64,000 nt of DNA, taken from assembly GCA_010093705.1 (NCBI GenBank), contig MU006097.1, positions 259,905 through 323,904 of the forward strand. Direction: 5' to 3'. Made by a program: the position numbers and the translations under genes. Every line of letters starts with the position of its first letter. Within the stretch, counting starts at the first letter, position 1. Positions 11,366 to 23,708 of the stretch are shown one piece after another. The DNA is from Patellaria atrata CBS 101060. Lineage: Eukaryota. The notes under the pieces were generated by a model, which was not told where the DNA came from, searched no databases, and saw nothing but the letters and a program-made list of their open reading frames with translations.

Positions 11366-12379
11366 CTGTCTTGGCTCCTCGACCGCTGCGTCCTTTCTTT
11401 CGGTGAATTCTGGCTATTTACATACTGCCCTACTGGCCGATATTGCGAGACTGGTCTTGGAAATTCGGCATAAGGGGTACTTACAATCTTGGATGCTGAA
11501 ACTTAATCGCCACGGGGTAGATGGTTGATCTTGAGATATCCAGCGGGAACTGGCTAGAGCTATGATTAGGGGAAAGAACTTCTCCTATCGGAAGACGGAA
11601 TATGGAGGGGAAGATTGATGATATCTTTCTCTTAGATGCTCTAGTGTCTTCAGTTGGCATAGTTGTAGTGTTTTTGGGTTTCAACTTGTTATTCCAGACA
11701 GTCTCAAGAGCCCTGGTATTATCCCTTTCAATTTGAGAGGATGATAGTTCCAGATGTGTTTAAGAAGGGAAGCATCGGCGTTGCGAGGATCATTATGCAT
11801 ACGTATGATGAATGCTATTTCGTAAGACATTGACTGTGATAAAAAGGGTGGCATTCACAGCTCTTATTCTATACTACCTCTCACCTAGCATTCGAGTAAA
11901 ATACCCGAGCGAAAATGCTTGACCCATCTGCTAAGGCAAGATATGCTTCATGAGGAATGCGACAAGGAGTAAGAACGCGAGCTTCTGTTTTAGGGCTGGG
12001 AAGCTACGGAATAAGAGAATTCAATTTAACTCTCGGATTTTCTATCTTGAAGGGGAGCATTTGTCAGTCCGAATAGCTAGAGACGTGATCATACTGTGAT
12101 TTGAATAAGCGGCCTAGGACCCAGTATATAAATAGTTCTGCAACTTCTGTGAATGTCCAAGAAATATGTATTTTCAATACCGCACATTCGCCCCTTTCCA
12201 CACACATCTCGTAGTAAATTGATCCAAAACCATCATCACACGTACCCAGTGCAAGTTCAACGTCCTTCCACAAGAAAAGCCTTGCTTTTAAAGGTCAGTC
12301 AACTCCGAACTATTCGACTTAGGAAGATCGAGTCCCAAAAGACATAGAAATATAATCCTTCCAAAACGTTCAGGCTAGC

Positions 12380-12498
12380 ACATACGGCCACAGAACAAGT
12401 AAAATAGGGCATCCCGTCCGCTCTGCCATACTCAAGCCTTGTATCGGTGCAATAGTAGTTGAGTGGGTGACCATCAGCGAATGCGCACTGCTGTATGT
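12380..12498 (+). rRNA. 5S rRNA gene (dispersed copy)
   Basis: 119 nt, ACATACGGCCA...CCCGTCCGCTCTGCC...TAGTAGTTGAGTGGGTGACCATCAGCGAA...TGTATGT. The terminal stem ACATAC/GTATGT pairs and the layout matches the Pezizomycotina 5S pattern. Confidence 0.95.
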
Positions 12499-12499
12499 C

Positions 12500-12504
12500 T
12501 TTTT
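12500..12504 (+). terminator. RNA polymerase III T-run terminator of the 5S gene
   Basis: TTTTT immediately after the 5S 3' end, with further T runs downstream. Confidence 0.8.
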
Positions 12505-12739
12505 GCGTTTTTGATTTTGCTTCCTAGGTAGTATGGTTTATTTTTAGAGGGTTGGGTTTGAGGTGCAGTTGTGGACAGGAGATTGTGTGGTTTGAGGATG
12601 ACTGAGAAAAGTTGTTTTTGAAGGGGATCGGGAAGGAGGCCTTGGAGAACGAATGTGTTAGACAGGAACTTCATACGCATTGCTCTTGTTCACTCGGCTA
12701 CGTAATTGGAAATCTAAAAGTTGAGTATATCACAATATA

Positions 12740-13200
12740 AACCGCCAGTGCTAAAGGTGACTTAGGGGCTAGAGTAACTTACTCTGTAGACCTATCACTT
12801 AGAATTGATTCCATGAGTTATAACTTCTTCCACTTCTATCTTCTTCCAATTACTCCATTTCCCTCTCCAAAATTTGATATACATATCAATTTCTAACTTA
12901 AAGTAGGAATTCCTAGCCTTGGTTAGCCATACGATGCTTCCCTTAGAGATCTTCCCTCTCTCGACTACAACACAGTTACGTCCGTTAAGAAATGTATATC
13001 TACGCTCGCTCGTACCTAACTAAGCTTAAAACAGATCAGGGAAAGGTATTTCTCAATATAAAATCTTCTAAGTAGTACTGTATTAGGTCTTCAGCCGCAT
13101 CTAGGATCCCGATGGATCATGGCCAAGGGTTTAATTATACCTTACGCTGTAAATAATATAGCTCTCCTTTCGACCCTGATATGTCCAAAAGTAGATCCTA
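12740..13200 (-). pseudogene. TpA-rich relic, possibly RIP-degraded coding or TE sequence of unknown origin
   Basis: AT- and TpA-rich. One minus frame has a 61-codon open stretch flanked by many TAA/TAG stops. No family recognised. Confidence 0.3.
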
Positions 13201-13204
13201 ATTT

Positions 13205-13450
13205 CTAAAGGCTGGTGTAATAGGAGGAATAAAAAGGAGAGAAAGCTCCTAAAAAGAGAAAAAAAAAAGAGGGGGGGGGGGAACGCGGGCAGAGGATGAT
13301 AATGACAACGATAAGAATGAAAGGGAAGAAGGATTGAGCCTTGTGAAAGAAAGCCGGGGGAGAGAAGACGAGCGTATAGTGAAAGGAAAAGAATAAGGAA
13401 TAGAAGGACGGATGAAAAAGGAGAAAGAAGATGCGGTAGGAAGCGGATGG
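13205..13450. repeat. Purine-rich low-complexity tract (A10, G11 runs)
   Basis: Seen directly in the sequence. Confidence 0.8.
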
Positions 13451-13775
13451 TGTCCTACTCGTAAAAGTCGTAAGCAGACTTGCTCCATGTATACCCACAA
13501 GGATCCTGGATCTGGAGCCTTTGTAGTCTAAATCGCATGGTAATAAGCAGGCGAGGTGTAGGTTGCATCATACGATATAAGTTTCATTAGGTCTTTTCTA
13601 TGGTATAAGAAACCCCCAGGTTAACAGGCAAGACAACGAACCTTGCAGTCCATTTGACCGACCGTCTTTGTGTACGCCATACACCATGCTAAATGCAGTC
13701 CCAAATCTTTTATTCCAAACACACCACCGTCTGTCGCAAATAAGATAGACCGTCCAAGACCTCTAAATGGGTATT

Positions 13776-15220
13776 CTAAGGCGTTCTAATCTCATCACCG
13801 TTCCTGTTCCCCTGAACATCCATCGACTTCGTAGTAGCAGCCTCAATGTCATGATGCCTGACATCAAACTCCACCTTCTGATAAATCACATCTTCCGTAA
13901 GTCCCTGTATACTCTCACTTCTCTCTACCTCGGCCCTGGACTCAGCAATATCCGGCCTTAACTTCAATTTATCCTGGCTGAATATTGACTGGCTCCTGAA
14001 CCGGCGATCGGTATCACTTCCACTTTCCGAACTTAATATTTCCGTTCCACTCATGCGTTTGAACGTGGCGCTTGCTTTCGTCATGGTTGTAGTGACGGTA
14101 CTTAGTATGGAGTCCTTTCCTTTAGATTTCTTGGATGAATCTTGAAGTGTGGTACTCCGTCGTTTGCTTCTGTCTCTGCTTGTGCTGCCGCGCCCACTGA
14201 GTTCGAAATGAGAGACGGTTGACTTGGCAACACCTGCGCGGAGTTGGTCTAGAACGTGTTTGAGGGAGGGTAGGGTAGCTGTGAGAATGGAGAGATTCAT
14301 TATAACTTGGTTCCAAATAGTGGGTGTCTTCATCCGCCACGTGCGAGCTGAGGGGTCCGCGTCAAAAAGAGGGTTGAGGGATATAATGTATAAGATAGTG
14401 AACACAGGAATGCTAGACAACTTAGACATGTTGATTGGGCGAACGTTTCTAGACTTACAATATGCGTATGGCAAAATGGGTGATGATACCTACTTTTGTT
14501 TTTCTGTCTGTATGCACATCCCACAACATATATACCGGTAGGCCTACTAAGAGCACGTCTATGAGGATATTGACAATACCAAGTTCGGTGTATAAAGCTT
14601 TCTGGTTGATACAACTTCCGCCCTCGTAGTCCCATGGTCGAGGTTTGCACTGGGCCGCCAAAGCTATGATTCCTGTAGTTGCCCATAGTGTAATGATTGC
14701 ATATGTGCCGTGACAAATCCTTTGAACACCTAGCTGAGGACTGAGTACTGTGATGAAGTGTACCACCGATGACTTTGAGAAGGCGAGGGACGCGGTGTGG
14801 AGCAGCTGAGAGGCGTAGAGAAACTACGCGGCCGTACGTTAGCTATTGAGAAGAGAAGGAATAAAGGGAGTCCCACTTTGCCATACCGCTCAAAATCTTC
14901 CCTAGAAACCTCTTTCCTACGTCTTCCCAAACCGTTCTTGCAGGCTGCAATTATACAGACTGTTTGTACCAGAGCGAATAACTTAGTGGAACTGTTGTCA
15001 GCTCCCATACGTAGAGAGAACGAGTGAAACCAATTACCATTGAAACGATAAGCAGTATGTCATACACTGGTAATCGAACGAATCGAAATCTGTACACCAC
15101 TTTCGCAACAATACAGATTAAGGAGAAGATCATGAGCACCGAGCTCAAAACAATCACCCAAGCTGCCTGATTGTCCGGAGAGGGGCGCACGAAAGGCGCG
15201 GAGACCTCTGATATAGTCAT
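13776..15220 (-). CDS. PTH11-like (fungal rhodopsin-domain) integral membrane protein / putative GPCR without CFEM; about 4 exons
   Basis: Joined exons give DILLIVSM, AACKNGLGR, FYASQLL..LAFSKSSV, AQCKPRPWD, NILIDVLLVGLPVYMLW, WNQVIMNLSILTATLPSLK and a Ser-rich cytoplasmic tail. Confidence 0.85.
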
Positions 15221-17589
15221 CTTAAACCTTCAGATGTCATATCTTGGAGGTATAAGATTATAGGGTAAAACGATGTTGAATAAGAGGTAATGTTTACGGA
15301 ACTGAGGCTGAAGGAGAATTCCAGAAGAGGCCCCCTATAGAGTCATATACGCATCGGATTATCGAGAAACCCAACATAAAGGTTCGAATTTGGAAGCTAT
15401 TGTAGAATTCAGGGTCGCTGAAAACCTGAATGATGAGGCATGCAGCACCCCAAGTCTGTAGGGTTAGTGATAAACTTACACCGGGGGAGATCCTTATTCC
15501 ACCATAAAGAGCGCTTTACCATGGTGTCGGATGGACGCGGTGGGCATCTGACGATCATACCGAGATGGCTTTCGTCTGTAAAACCACAAAACGTGCGTAT
15601 GTTGAACCACAAGAGATCAGAAGAGATGTGGTTGCCAGGCACATCAGAGAAATTGTTCTCGAAAAAGATCCCACGCTCGAGTCGTGAAAGCGTGGAGGAT
15701 GCGATGTTTCCAAGGCGGGTCTGAAGGTCCCTGTTCCCCGACTCCTCTATTTCATGATTGACCAATTATATATGATGCCAACGCCATGCAAGAGCATGAG
15801 CTCGAGCATCCTCAGAACTTCAAATCCAATCATGATGCGAATGAATGGCCAAGAGTCGAGAGCATCTGTGCTGAATTTGTTTAGGATGAGACTGTACGAG
15901 AAACCTTGGAGTCTTGAGTTGGATAAGGCTTTGATGCAGAATGTCAGACAGTGCTTGGAAGGCTGTTGATAGTACAGCGGGTATAGAAATACGTGCATGA
16001 AGCGATCTTCAGGATAGAAACCATTTGGTCGAGTATAGAAAAGGATAACTTTGAGAAATGATTCCAGTTTCATGTATTACTGCACGGACTCAGTAGAAAT
16101 ATCGATTGACGGCAGCCAAGAATAAACTAATCAGGCGTAGATCACGTTTAACAACGGAGAATTTCTACACATTGGGTAGACCCGCGGGGGTGTATCAGAA
16201 TTGGCGTAGCCGAGCCGTGTTCGGGATACCGAATCGGTAACGCGAACCTTCCGGGCCAAACCATGAGTCTGTGGTGTGAATCAACCTTTCGGGGATTCGG
16301 AGGAGTCAGAGGATTTCAAATTTTCAAGTCTGGAGGGTGTAGGGGCTGGAGATTGAAAAGTCTTCCCTTGAGTTAAGAGGCAAGCCCCAAGGTTTATTTA
16401 CTGTGCCGCATTCACAGATCATCGATGCCATATCCTCTCTCGGATATGAGCACCTTGGCAAATGCATGGAAGAGATTAATCTGCTGAGTCTCGTCTCTTT
16501 TTGATTTCCTAGCATTTCCGAATTCTGGAGGTCACGAACAAGGTGAGAGGAAGACTGAATCCACTGTAGGGAGCGCCCTTCCCAACTACTGCCATAAAGT
16601 AGGAGAAAAGAAAGCTAGATGCACATGAGCGTGTATCCTAGGGTCCTCGAGGCACATAGTCGCATGAAATCCCGCTTCTGGCGGCAAATTGACTATATCA
16701 AGGATAGCAAGAAGCCGTAAGCACCACCCTTTACCTACGATTCGCCATATCGTATGCGTGGTGTTATCTTCCAAAAACTTTGCGTGCACTGTCCGCGGCT
16801 GTTACCGCAGAAGCAGTCTGGCAGTAGGGCATTTTCCATTTAGCTATCGCCTGAAGATTGAGCGTAAGTAGCGGGATATGATTGCGATTGATGTCGCCAG
16901 CAAGATTCGCAATCATCATCTGCAACCGGGTCCCACAGACGATCTATTGCAATGAAAGTGAATGGTCTTACGGAGTGCGGAGGTAGACATCTGCTTGTCA
17001 ACACTGCCCTTTTCACTAGACAAGCGGGCGGAATAACGCACGACGTTGAGACAAGCGGAACAAGCCCGTTTCGAAGCGACATTTGGTGCACTGTGCTCAA
17101 GCTGAAGAGCTCGTCTAGGTAGAATATGTCCCTGCTAGTCGTGTTTGGTTCCCGTTAGTAACTCCATGCCGTCTCTTCCCCGACGCCTAAGCAACCTTTA
17201 GCAAAGCCCAGTACGGGTGTAACCTCTCCAGGTACTCCACCTCTATCGGCGAGCTTTGCTGACTTTTGTAGGTGAAGTGTGTAAACTTGATTCTCGAGGT
17301 GGCCATGACCTCCACTCCGAGCTCTTGCGAACTCATGGCTCATGCAACCTCCATCTGACACTCACAGTATGGAGGCGATCAATGGCTATTATTATTACTA
17401 CACTATCTCGCTAAGAAAGAACTGATATTCCAGATTCTGACAAGTTTTCCGGAAAACCCACGGGGGTTGTCAACCTTGGTCTTACGTTTTTCTTTATCTT
17501 CTTTTCTGCGAACGATCCCCGCATCATCCACTTGCCCATTACTGCTTCTTTCTCCCTCTTCTCTATATCGAACACCAAGCGCGAGCGTC

Positions 17590-19300
17590 ATGGTTCGCGG
17601 AGAAGATCACGAGATGATGGTGACTGATAAAAGCGCTGATGTTACTGTTCAACAGTATCCGTCTTCAGAGGAAGGACACAATGGCTCCAAAAAGGAGGGA
17701 AGTCGGGAGTTCGAGGCATATGGTCATATCGAAAGCCAGACTAGAGTTAGGGTATGCGCTTCTAATAGCTGCTTTAGCCCTGGATGGTTGCTAATTGAGT
17801 ACCAGAGATTGTTCAATTTTATACAGCTCTTCGCTTTCTCTCTGACGTTTATGTCATCATGGGAGGGGATGTGCACGAACCTCTGGTTCGCCATGTACAA
17901 CGGTGGTCCCAGAACTTTTGCTTGGAGCATCTTTATTGTGTACTTCGGCGCCTGTGCTCAGTCAGCATCGCTCGCTGAAATGGCTTCCCTCCAACCTATT
18001 GCTGGTGCTCAATACCACTGGACCCACCACCTTGCACCACCTCAGGCAAAAAGGTTCATTACCTGGATCCAAGGTTGGGTAACATGGTTCGGATGGGTGT
18101 CTCTCCTTGCCGGTGGCTGCAACATGACAGCAATCATCACCCAGCAACTGATCATTCTCAACAATCCGGATTACGTGCCAGAGAGATGGCACATAACTCT
18201 GATCATGATTGCAATTCTCATCCTCCAGGGATTTGTGAACATCTACGTCTTCTTCATAATCCCCTGGCTCGAGCTGGTAGGCGGTATTGCGCACGTCTGT
18301 CTCTATGTTGTCTTTGTAGTCGTGCTGGTTACATTGGGGCCCCGCCACAGCGCCGATTTTATCTTCTTCGAGAAGAATGTTTCGTCCGGGTGGAATAATA
18401 GCTTCCTGAGCTTCAATGTGGGGTTATTGACCGGTATCTGGAGCTTTACTGGTAAGCTGACCTTTGTTTCTCATTCATATATAATTCCGCCGGATATCAG
18501 CTGATAAAAAACTAGGGTTCGATGGTACACTCCATATGAGTGAGGAGACTCGCAAAGCCAAGCAAGCCGTACCGAGAGCAACCTTCTGGACAATCGCCGT
18601 CAACGGCCTGCTCGCATACAGCATGACCATCATCATCCTGATGACCATGGGTACGATTGAGGATGCCCTCACCGCGAATTTCCCCATGGTGCCTATTCTC
18701 TTAGGAGTTACCGGGTCCAAGAAAGCTACCACAGCATTGGTGACCGGCCTCTGGCTCATCTCCTTCTGCGTCAATTTGGCTAGTATCGCCTCCGTCTCTC
18801 GACTGACCTGGGCCTGGGCTCGTGACGGAGGTCTGCCGAAATACTTCTCAATTGTTAGCTCTCAGCACCTGGTCCCCGAACGCGCAATCGTTCTCTGTAT
18901 CTTCCTCACTTGCATTATTTCTCTCCTCAACATCGGCAACACCGCCGCTTTTAGCGCTATCACTGCGCTCTGCTCGCTCGCGCTGTATGTCTCGTACTTC
19001 ATTGCTATTGCATGCATGCTGCACGCCCGCTATAGAAAGCAACCTGGCCTTCTAGGCGGTTGGAACCTCGGGGGATATGGTGCGTACGTTAACGCCTTCG
19101 CATTGCTGTACACGACCTGGTCTATCATCTTCCTGCCGTTCCCCACGACACTCCCAGTGGACGCGGAGAATATGAATTATGCTGGACCAATCTTCGGTAT
19201 GGTGATAATATTCACTATCACTTATTGGTTTGTGTGGGCGAGGAAGAATTGGGAGGGTATTAATCCGGATATCGTCAAGTACATCATCTCTCAGGAGTAA
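17590..19300 (+). CDS. APC-superfamily amino-acid/choline/GABA permease (3 exons)
   Basis: NGGP, SLAEMASLQPIAGAQYHW, GFDGTLHMSEET, SRLTWAWARDGGLP, MNYAGPIFG; about 12 hydrophobic segments. Introns near 17752-17805 and 18452-18516. Confidence 0.92.
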
Positions 19301-19930
19301 GTCGTGTGTTAACAATGTACATATTATCTCCTTCAGCGTTGGGAAGAGCTTTTGACTATTCCCAAAGTTGGATTTCTGCAGGCGACAGAAGGAGATTGGT
19401 TGGATTGGAACTTATACCATAAGTTTGATGAGCTGCATGAGCGATGAACGAACGATTTGCATGAATAATATATATGGTACTATCAAGAAAGAACATATTG
19501 AACCTACCAAAATATCCATGGTCAGCTGAGTTCTACTCCCTGAAATTGCTGTTTCTCTGAAAATTGAAGGTATCGTGATATTCTCACCATCAATGCTCCG
19601 AAAACGGAAAGCTGTTTCGCGTGGGGCATAATGCAGCTAAAGAGTGGACAACCACTAACAGTGGAGCGAGAAGCTACATGCATCAGTATCTGCAACCCAA
19701 GGCATTCCTACCCACTTACAAATTTGTTCAACCCACACGTTGAGGTGATCAGTTAATGGTGGCAACTGCAAAAGATAGATACTGATACCTTACAATGCGG
19801 GGAAAGATGCATTGCAGTATCTCTGCAGATAGAGAAGGAAGGCAGGAAGGAGGATATATCTCCCATCATTTTTCTCCTCGACCTTGAGATTGCAAGAGAA
19901 GGTTGTACTGTACCATATTCGATTCGAAAC

Positions 19931-21538
19931 ATGGCTGCACCTAACACAGGTATCCTTAGTGAAATCACTCCTTTGCTACCTTCCCACTACGACGTGGAGA
20001 CACAGGAGATTAATCACGTCGCATCGACTTCGAAGACTCAATCCCGCACCGTCCAGACCGACTGTTCCCCTAAGCATGAGGTCCAATTGCTCTTGGGATA
20101 CTCGATCCCCCTCGTGGGGACATACCTACTACAGTACTTCTATAACCTGATAATAATCCTAGTAGCTAGCCGCTTGAGCACGAAAGAGCTAGCAGGCGTT
20201 TCAATCGGCATCACCACCATGAATATAACGGGGTTTGCAATATTCGAGGGCATGACTACATCTCTCGACACTTTATGTTCCCAGGCATACGGGTCTGGCA
20301 ATCTTAAGCTCGTGGGGCTGCATGTGCAGAGGATGGTGCTACTCCAGTTACTGGTCTCTGTTCCAGTGGGGACGCTGTGGATCTGCTCGCCTTGGATCTT
20401 GAAGCGGGTTGTATTTCAAGAGGATGCTGCCATCCTAGCGGGGAGCTTTCTGCGGATAACTCTAATTGGACTCCCTGGTTATGCCATCTTCGAGGCTGGA
20501 AAGAGGTTTGCGCAGGCTCAGGGGAACTTCACAGCGAGTTTAGTATCCTTGCTCGTTTGTGCGCCTGCCAACCTATTTTTGAATTGGCTCTTGGTATTTG
20601 TAAGCTTGACCACACTTTATCCCTCTTCGTGGTATGCTTTCTGGCTCCGGAGATGCTGATCATGATGATATTTGCAGCATTTTGACCTTGGTGTCACTGG
20701 AGCGGCTCTGGCAGCAGCACTGACGAATAACCTCCGCCCCGTATTTCTTGTTCTACATCTTCGCTTCATTTCCCCTTGGACACTTCAGTGCTGGCCAGGA
20801 TTCACTGGTGCAGTATTCCGTAACTGGGGTCCAATGATTCAGCTTTCCATTCCAGGCGCTGCGATGACTCTATGCGAATGGTTTGCTTTCGAAATCCTAA
20901 CATTTAGTACTTCGTACCTTAGTACTGCACATATTGCCGCTCAGACTCTCCTCTGTACCTGTGAGATACTGGTCTGGCATATCCCATTTTCAGTCAGTAC
21001 AGCAATGACCACGCGTATTGGGCAATTGATTGGTGCAGGAGCAGTAGATACTGCAAGGAAAGCTGTCCAGACGTACACTATTGTATTTGCTGTCATTGGG
21101 ATAATGGATACCGGGCTCTTAATCTTTGTGGTCACTCAGATCATCAATCCCTTCTTTATTCGTGATCAGGAAGTAAGGGACCTTGTCGATGGTACTATGT
21201 ACATCATCTCTGCCTTCCAGTTTTCTGATGCATCAGCATGTTGCACTCAAGGCATTATGCGTGGCCTCGGTAAACAGTTGATTGCTGGATGGGTCACATT
21301 CGGCGTGAATTACCTATGGGCCTTACCACTCGCGCTGTTCTTAGAACTAGGACCACCAGGACTGGGTTTGAAAGGTATCTGGAGTTCGCTTGCGGGTTGC
21401 GTCTTTTTGCTCACGGCAGCGGAAGCGGCTATATTGAAGATGATGAATTGGGATCGAGCCGCATTAGAAGCGAAGGAAAGAGAACATTCGGACACTGTTG
21501 AGGTTGATGAGATAGGAGAGAATCTGATGTGGAGATGA
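19931..21538 (+). CDS. MATE family efflux transporter (2 exons)
   Basis: LDTLCSQAYGSG, EAGKRFAQAQG, CEWFAFEILT, TRIGQLIGAG, GIMRGLGKQ. Intron near 20600-20678. Confidence 0.93.
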
Positions 21539-21994
21539 TTAGTGTTAAAACAGTGGGAATTTCACACTTTGCTCGTCGATGATCTAAACCTTTGTATTCA
21601 ATCCGACGTACGGAGTTTTGGCCGGACTGACCTCCAATAGGGGCTACAGTAGTATCCAGTCGATCGTATGAAAACAATAAAGATAAAAAATTTCAACTAT
21701 TGCTGGACGACAATGCCGGGAAATAACCGGTTACGTTTACTTATATTAGTCACCCCTGTGTTCGACTGAATGTATAGACGTGATACTCGATCCGTATGGA
21801 ATAGACTCTGAACGACATTAGTTTCACATTGTTTATACCTACCGGAATTTGTTACCTCTGGGACTATTGTGCTGTACAGTTTCTGTACATGTGGAGGACG
21901 GCGCAGAATTGACGCCCTTGGTAAACTTCTCACAAGCTGTATAGAGCTTTGGCCGACCAAACAACAAGATCTAATTGTGACCCAAAGATAGAAA

Positions 21995-22882
21995 CTATAA
22001 ACTATCATCATCCAAGTTCGACTCCGCCGGCCAAACAACCCAAGCAGAAATCACCAGGAACTTTAGGATTACAGCAGTCCACAATGCCGCAGCCATTCCA
22101 TAACGACTTTCCGACCACAAACCCCCAAAGACGGCACCGAGCAATAACAGGGCAGGTGCAGCGACCCTTCGGTTTCGGGTCGGATTTTGACCAATGCCAC
22201 TAAGCAAGTTTTGGTCGGAAAACAGGTCGCAGTAGGTACTTGTCAGGACGACTGAAGTGAACGAACCCTGTTCCAGGACACGGCTCGCGACTGCCTGTCC
22301 ACTGCTCTGGAAGGCCACTGACATAAGAGGGAGCACGACCTGCCACTGCAGGCCGTTATCAGTAGAACCTCCGAACTCGACGATGAGAGCAGCCATGATA
22401 ATGATGAGGAGTTGAATAGTGAAGGATACTACAAGGACCCAACGCTTACGGGGAGTGAAATAGCGGTGGAAGTTGCTGAAGAAGGTAGAGCCTAAACAGA
22501 AAGACGCAATTGATATGACGCTCTTAATCCAGCGGTCCGACTCACTGGGTCTCACGACCCCCAGGCCCAGATAGACGGTGTTGCCTTTCAACCATGTAAG
22601 CTTTGGACCTCGAGTTCTACGTAGGATAATGTAGTTACCTGTTTGCATGCTCACGAATGCTCCCCAAATGGAGATCGCGGAGCTGTCAAGGAGACCGGTG
22701 ATAACGTAGCAGCCTAGAAGGGCCATGTCGGCCCAGGCTCTACTGACATGTGCATTCATGTGTTGTTGCAGCTTGTCTCGTCTATTCCCTTTTTGAGGGT
22801 TAGTGTGGAGCAAAGGAGAACCCTCATTAGTCGCCTCATCCTCTCCCAATCGTATTCTGTCACGTCCTGATTGCCCATTCAT
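21995..22882 (-). CDS. DUF1275 (YoaK-like) membrane protein
   Basis: GLLDSSA..FVSMQTGNTVYLG (after removing an in-frame ~54-nt intron), AFQSSGQAVASR, SVVLTSTYCDLFSD, RNRR. Confidence 0.88.
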   Translation of the reverse strand: MNGQSGRDRIRLGEDEATNEGSPLLHTNPQKGNRRDKLQQHMNAHVSRAWADMALLGCYVITGLLDSSAISIWGAFVSMQTGNYIILRRTRGPKLTWLKGNTVYLGLGVVRPSESDRWIKSVISIASFCLGSTFFSNFHRYFTPRKRWVLVVSFTIQLLIIIMAALIVEFGGSTDNGLQWQVVLPLMSVAFQSSGQAVASRVLEQGSFTSVVLTSTYCDLFSDQNLLSGIGQNPTRNRRVAAPALLLLGAVFGGLWSESRYGMAAALWTAVILKFLVISAWVVWPAESNLDDDSL

Positions 22883-23708
22883 CCCCAGATGTATATTAAT
22901 TTATCAAAGAATATTGTTTCTGATGATTTGAGTGATGCAGGAAAGAAAATTTGTATTCGACTAGGAGTCGTGACGCTCGAAGTCCCGAACTAATTTAGCG
23001 TCATGACGATGAGTAGAACTAAAACGAAGTCCGAACCTCCAATTGTTTCTACCAGACCAAATCAAGATTTCCTGTGCATACCAAGGTGATTGTCTACGCT
23101 TTTCTTCGTAGCTGTTTTGTACGTACACCGATCCTCGACTTTGAAGTACTGAAAGTAATAAGGTATTGAATCGTGGTCAAGGATAGTTCTAATGGGACGC
23201 GTCGAAACACGGACGAACACTTCTTTCACCGCAGGAGATCAAACGTTCAGCCAACGGCTTTTTGTGTGATACACGTGATATTTAGAGGACATACACTATA
23301 TATGAGTCGTCAAACCCCCAGAGCTTTCAATCCTGGTAGTACGATGGAGCCACCTCAACTTTCGACATGCTACCAAAAAGTAAACCCGCTGTGCGATTTA
23401 ACTCATAGGTCTTTAAGTTCCTAATAACATTCTCTCTTTTCTTTGTTGTCTTTTCCTGGTTTTTAATCCTTTGAGAAAGAGAGCGACAGTACCGTATTTT
23501 GCACCATGTGATAGCTGGCTAAAGCCGAGAATACAACCTCATCTCTCTTACTTTAAAACGAGGATTGCGCGCTATATACACTAACTCCGGCGATTAGTCC
23601 TAATAGTCTATCTCGTTTTTGACTTTTTTTTTTTGTGACGTTTGCTTCAGATTGATCGTAGAATTTCGCAGTGAAATTTCGAGATTTCTCTAATTCCAGA
23701 CCTCAATC

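Noticed and set aside
11520..11690. F-box-like SIFRLP..EVLS fragment on the minus strand
   Set aside because: Needs a frameshift and has no downstream support; too weak to call
15409..17361. Short ORFs between the PTH11-like and permease genes
   Set aside because: No motifs and no consistent splice model; treated as divergent promoter DNA
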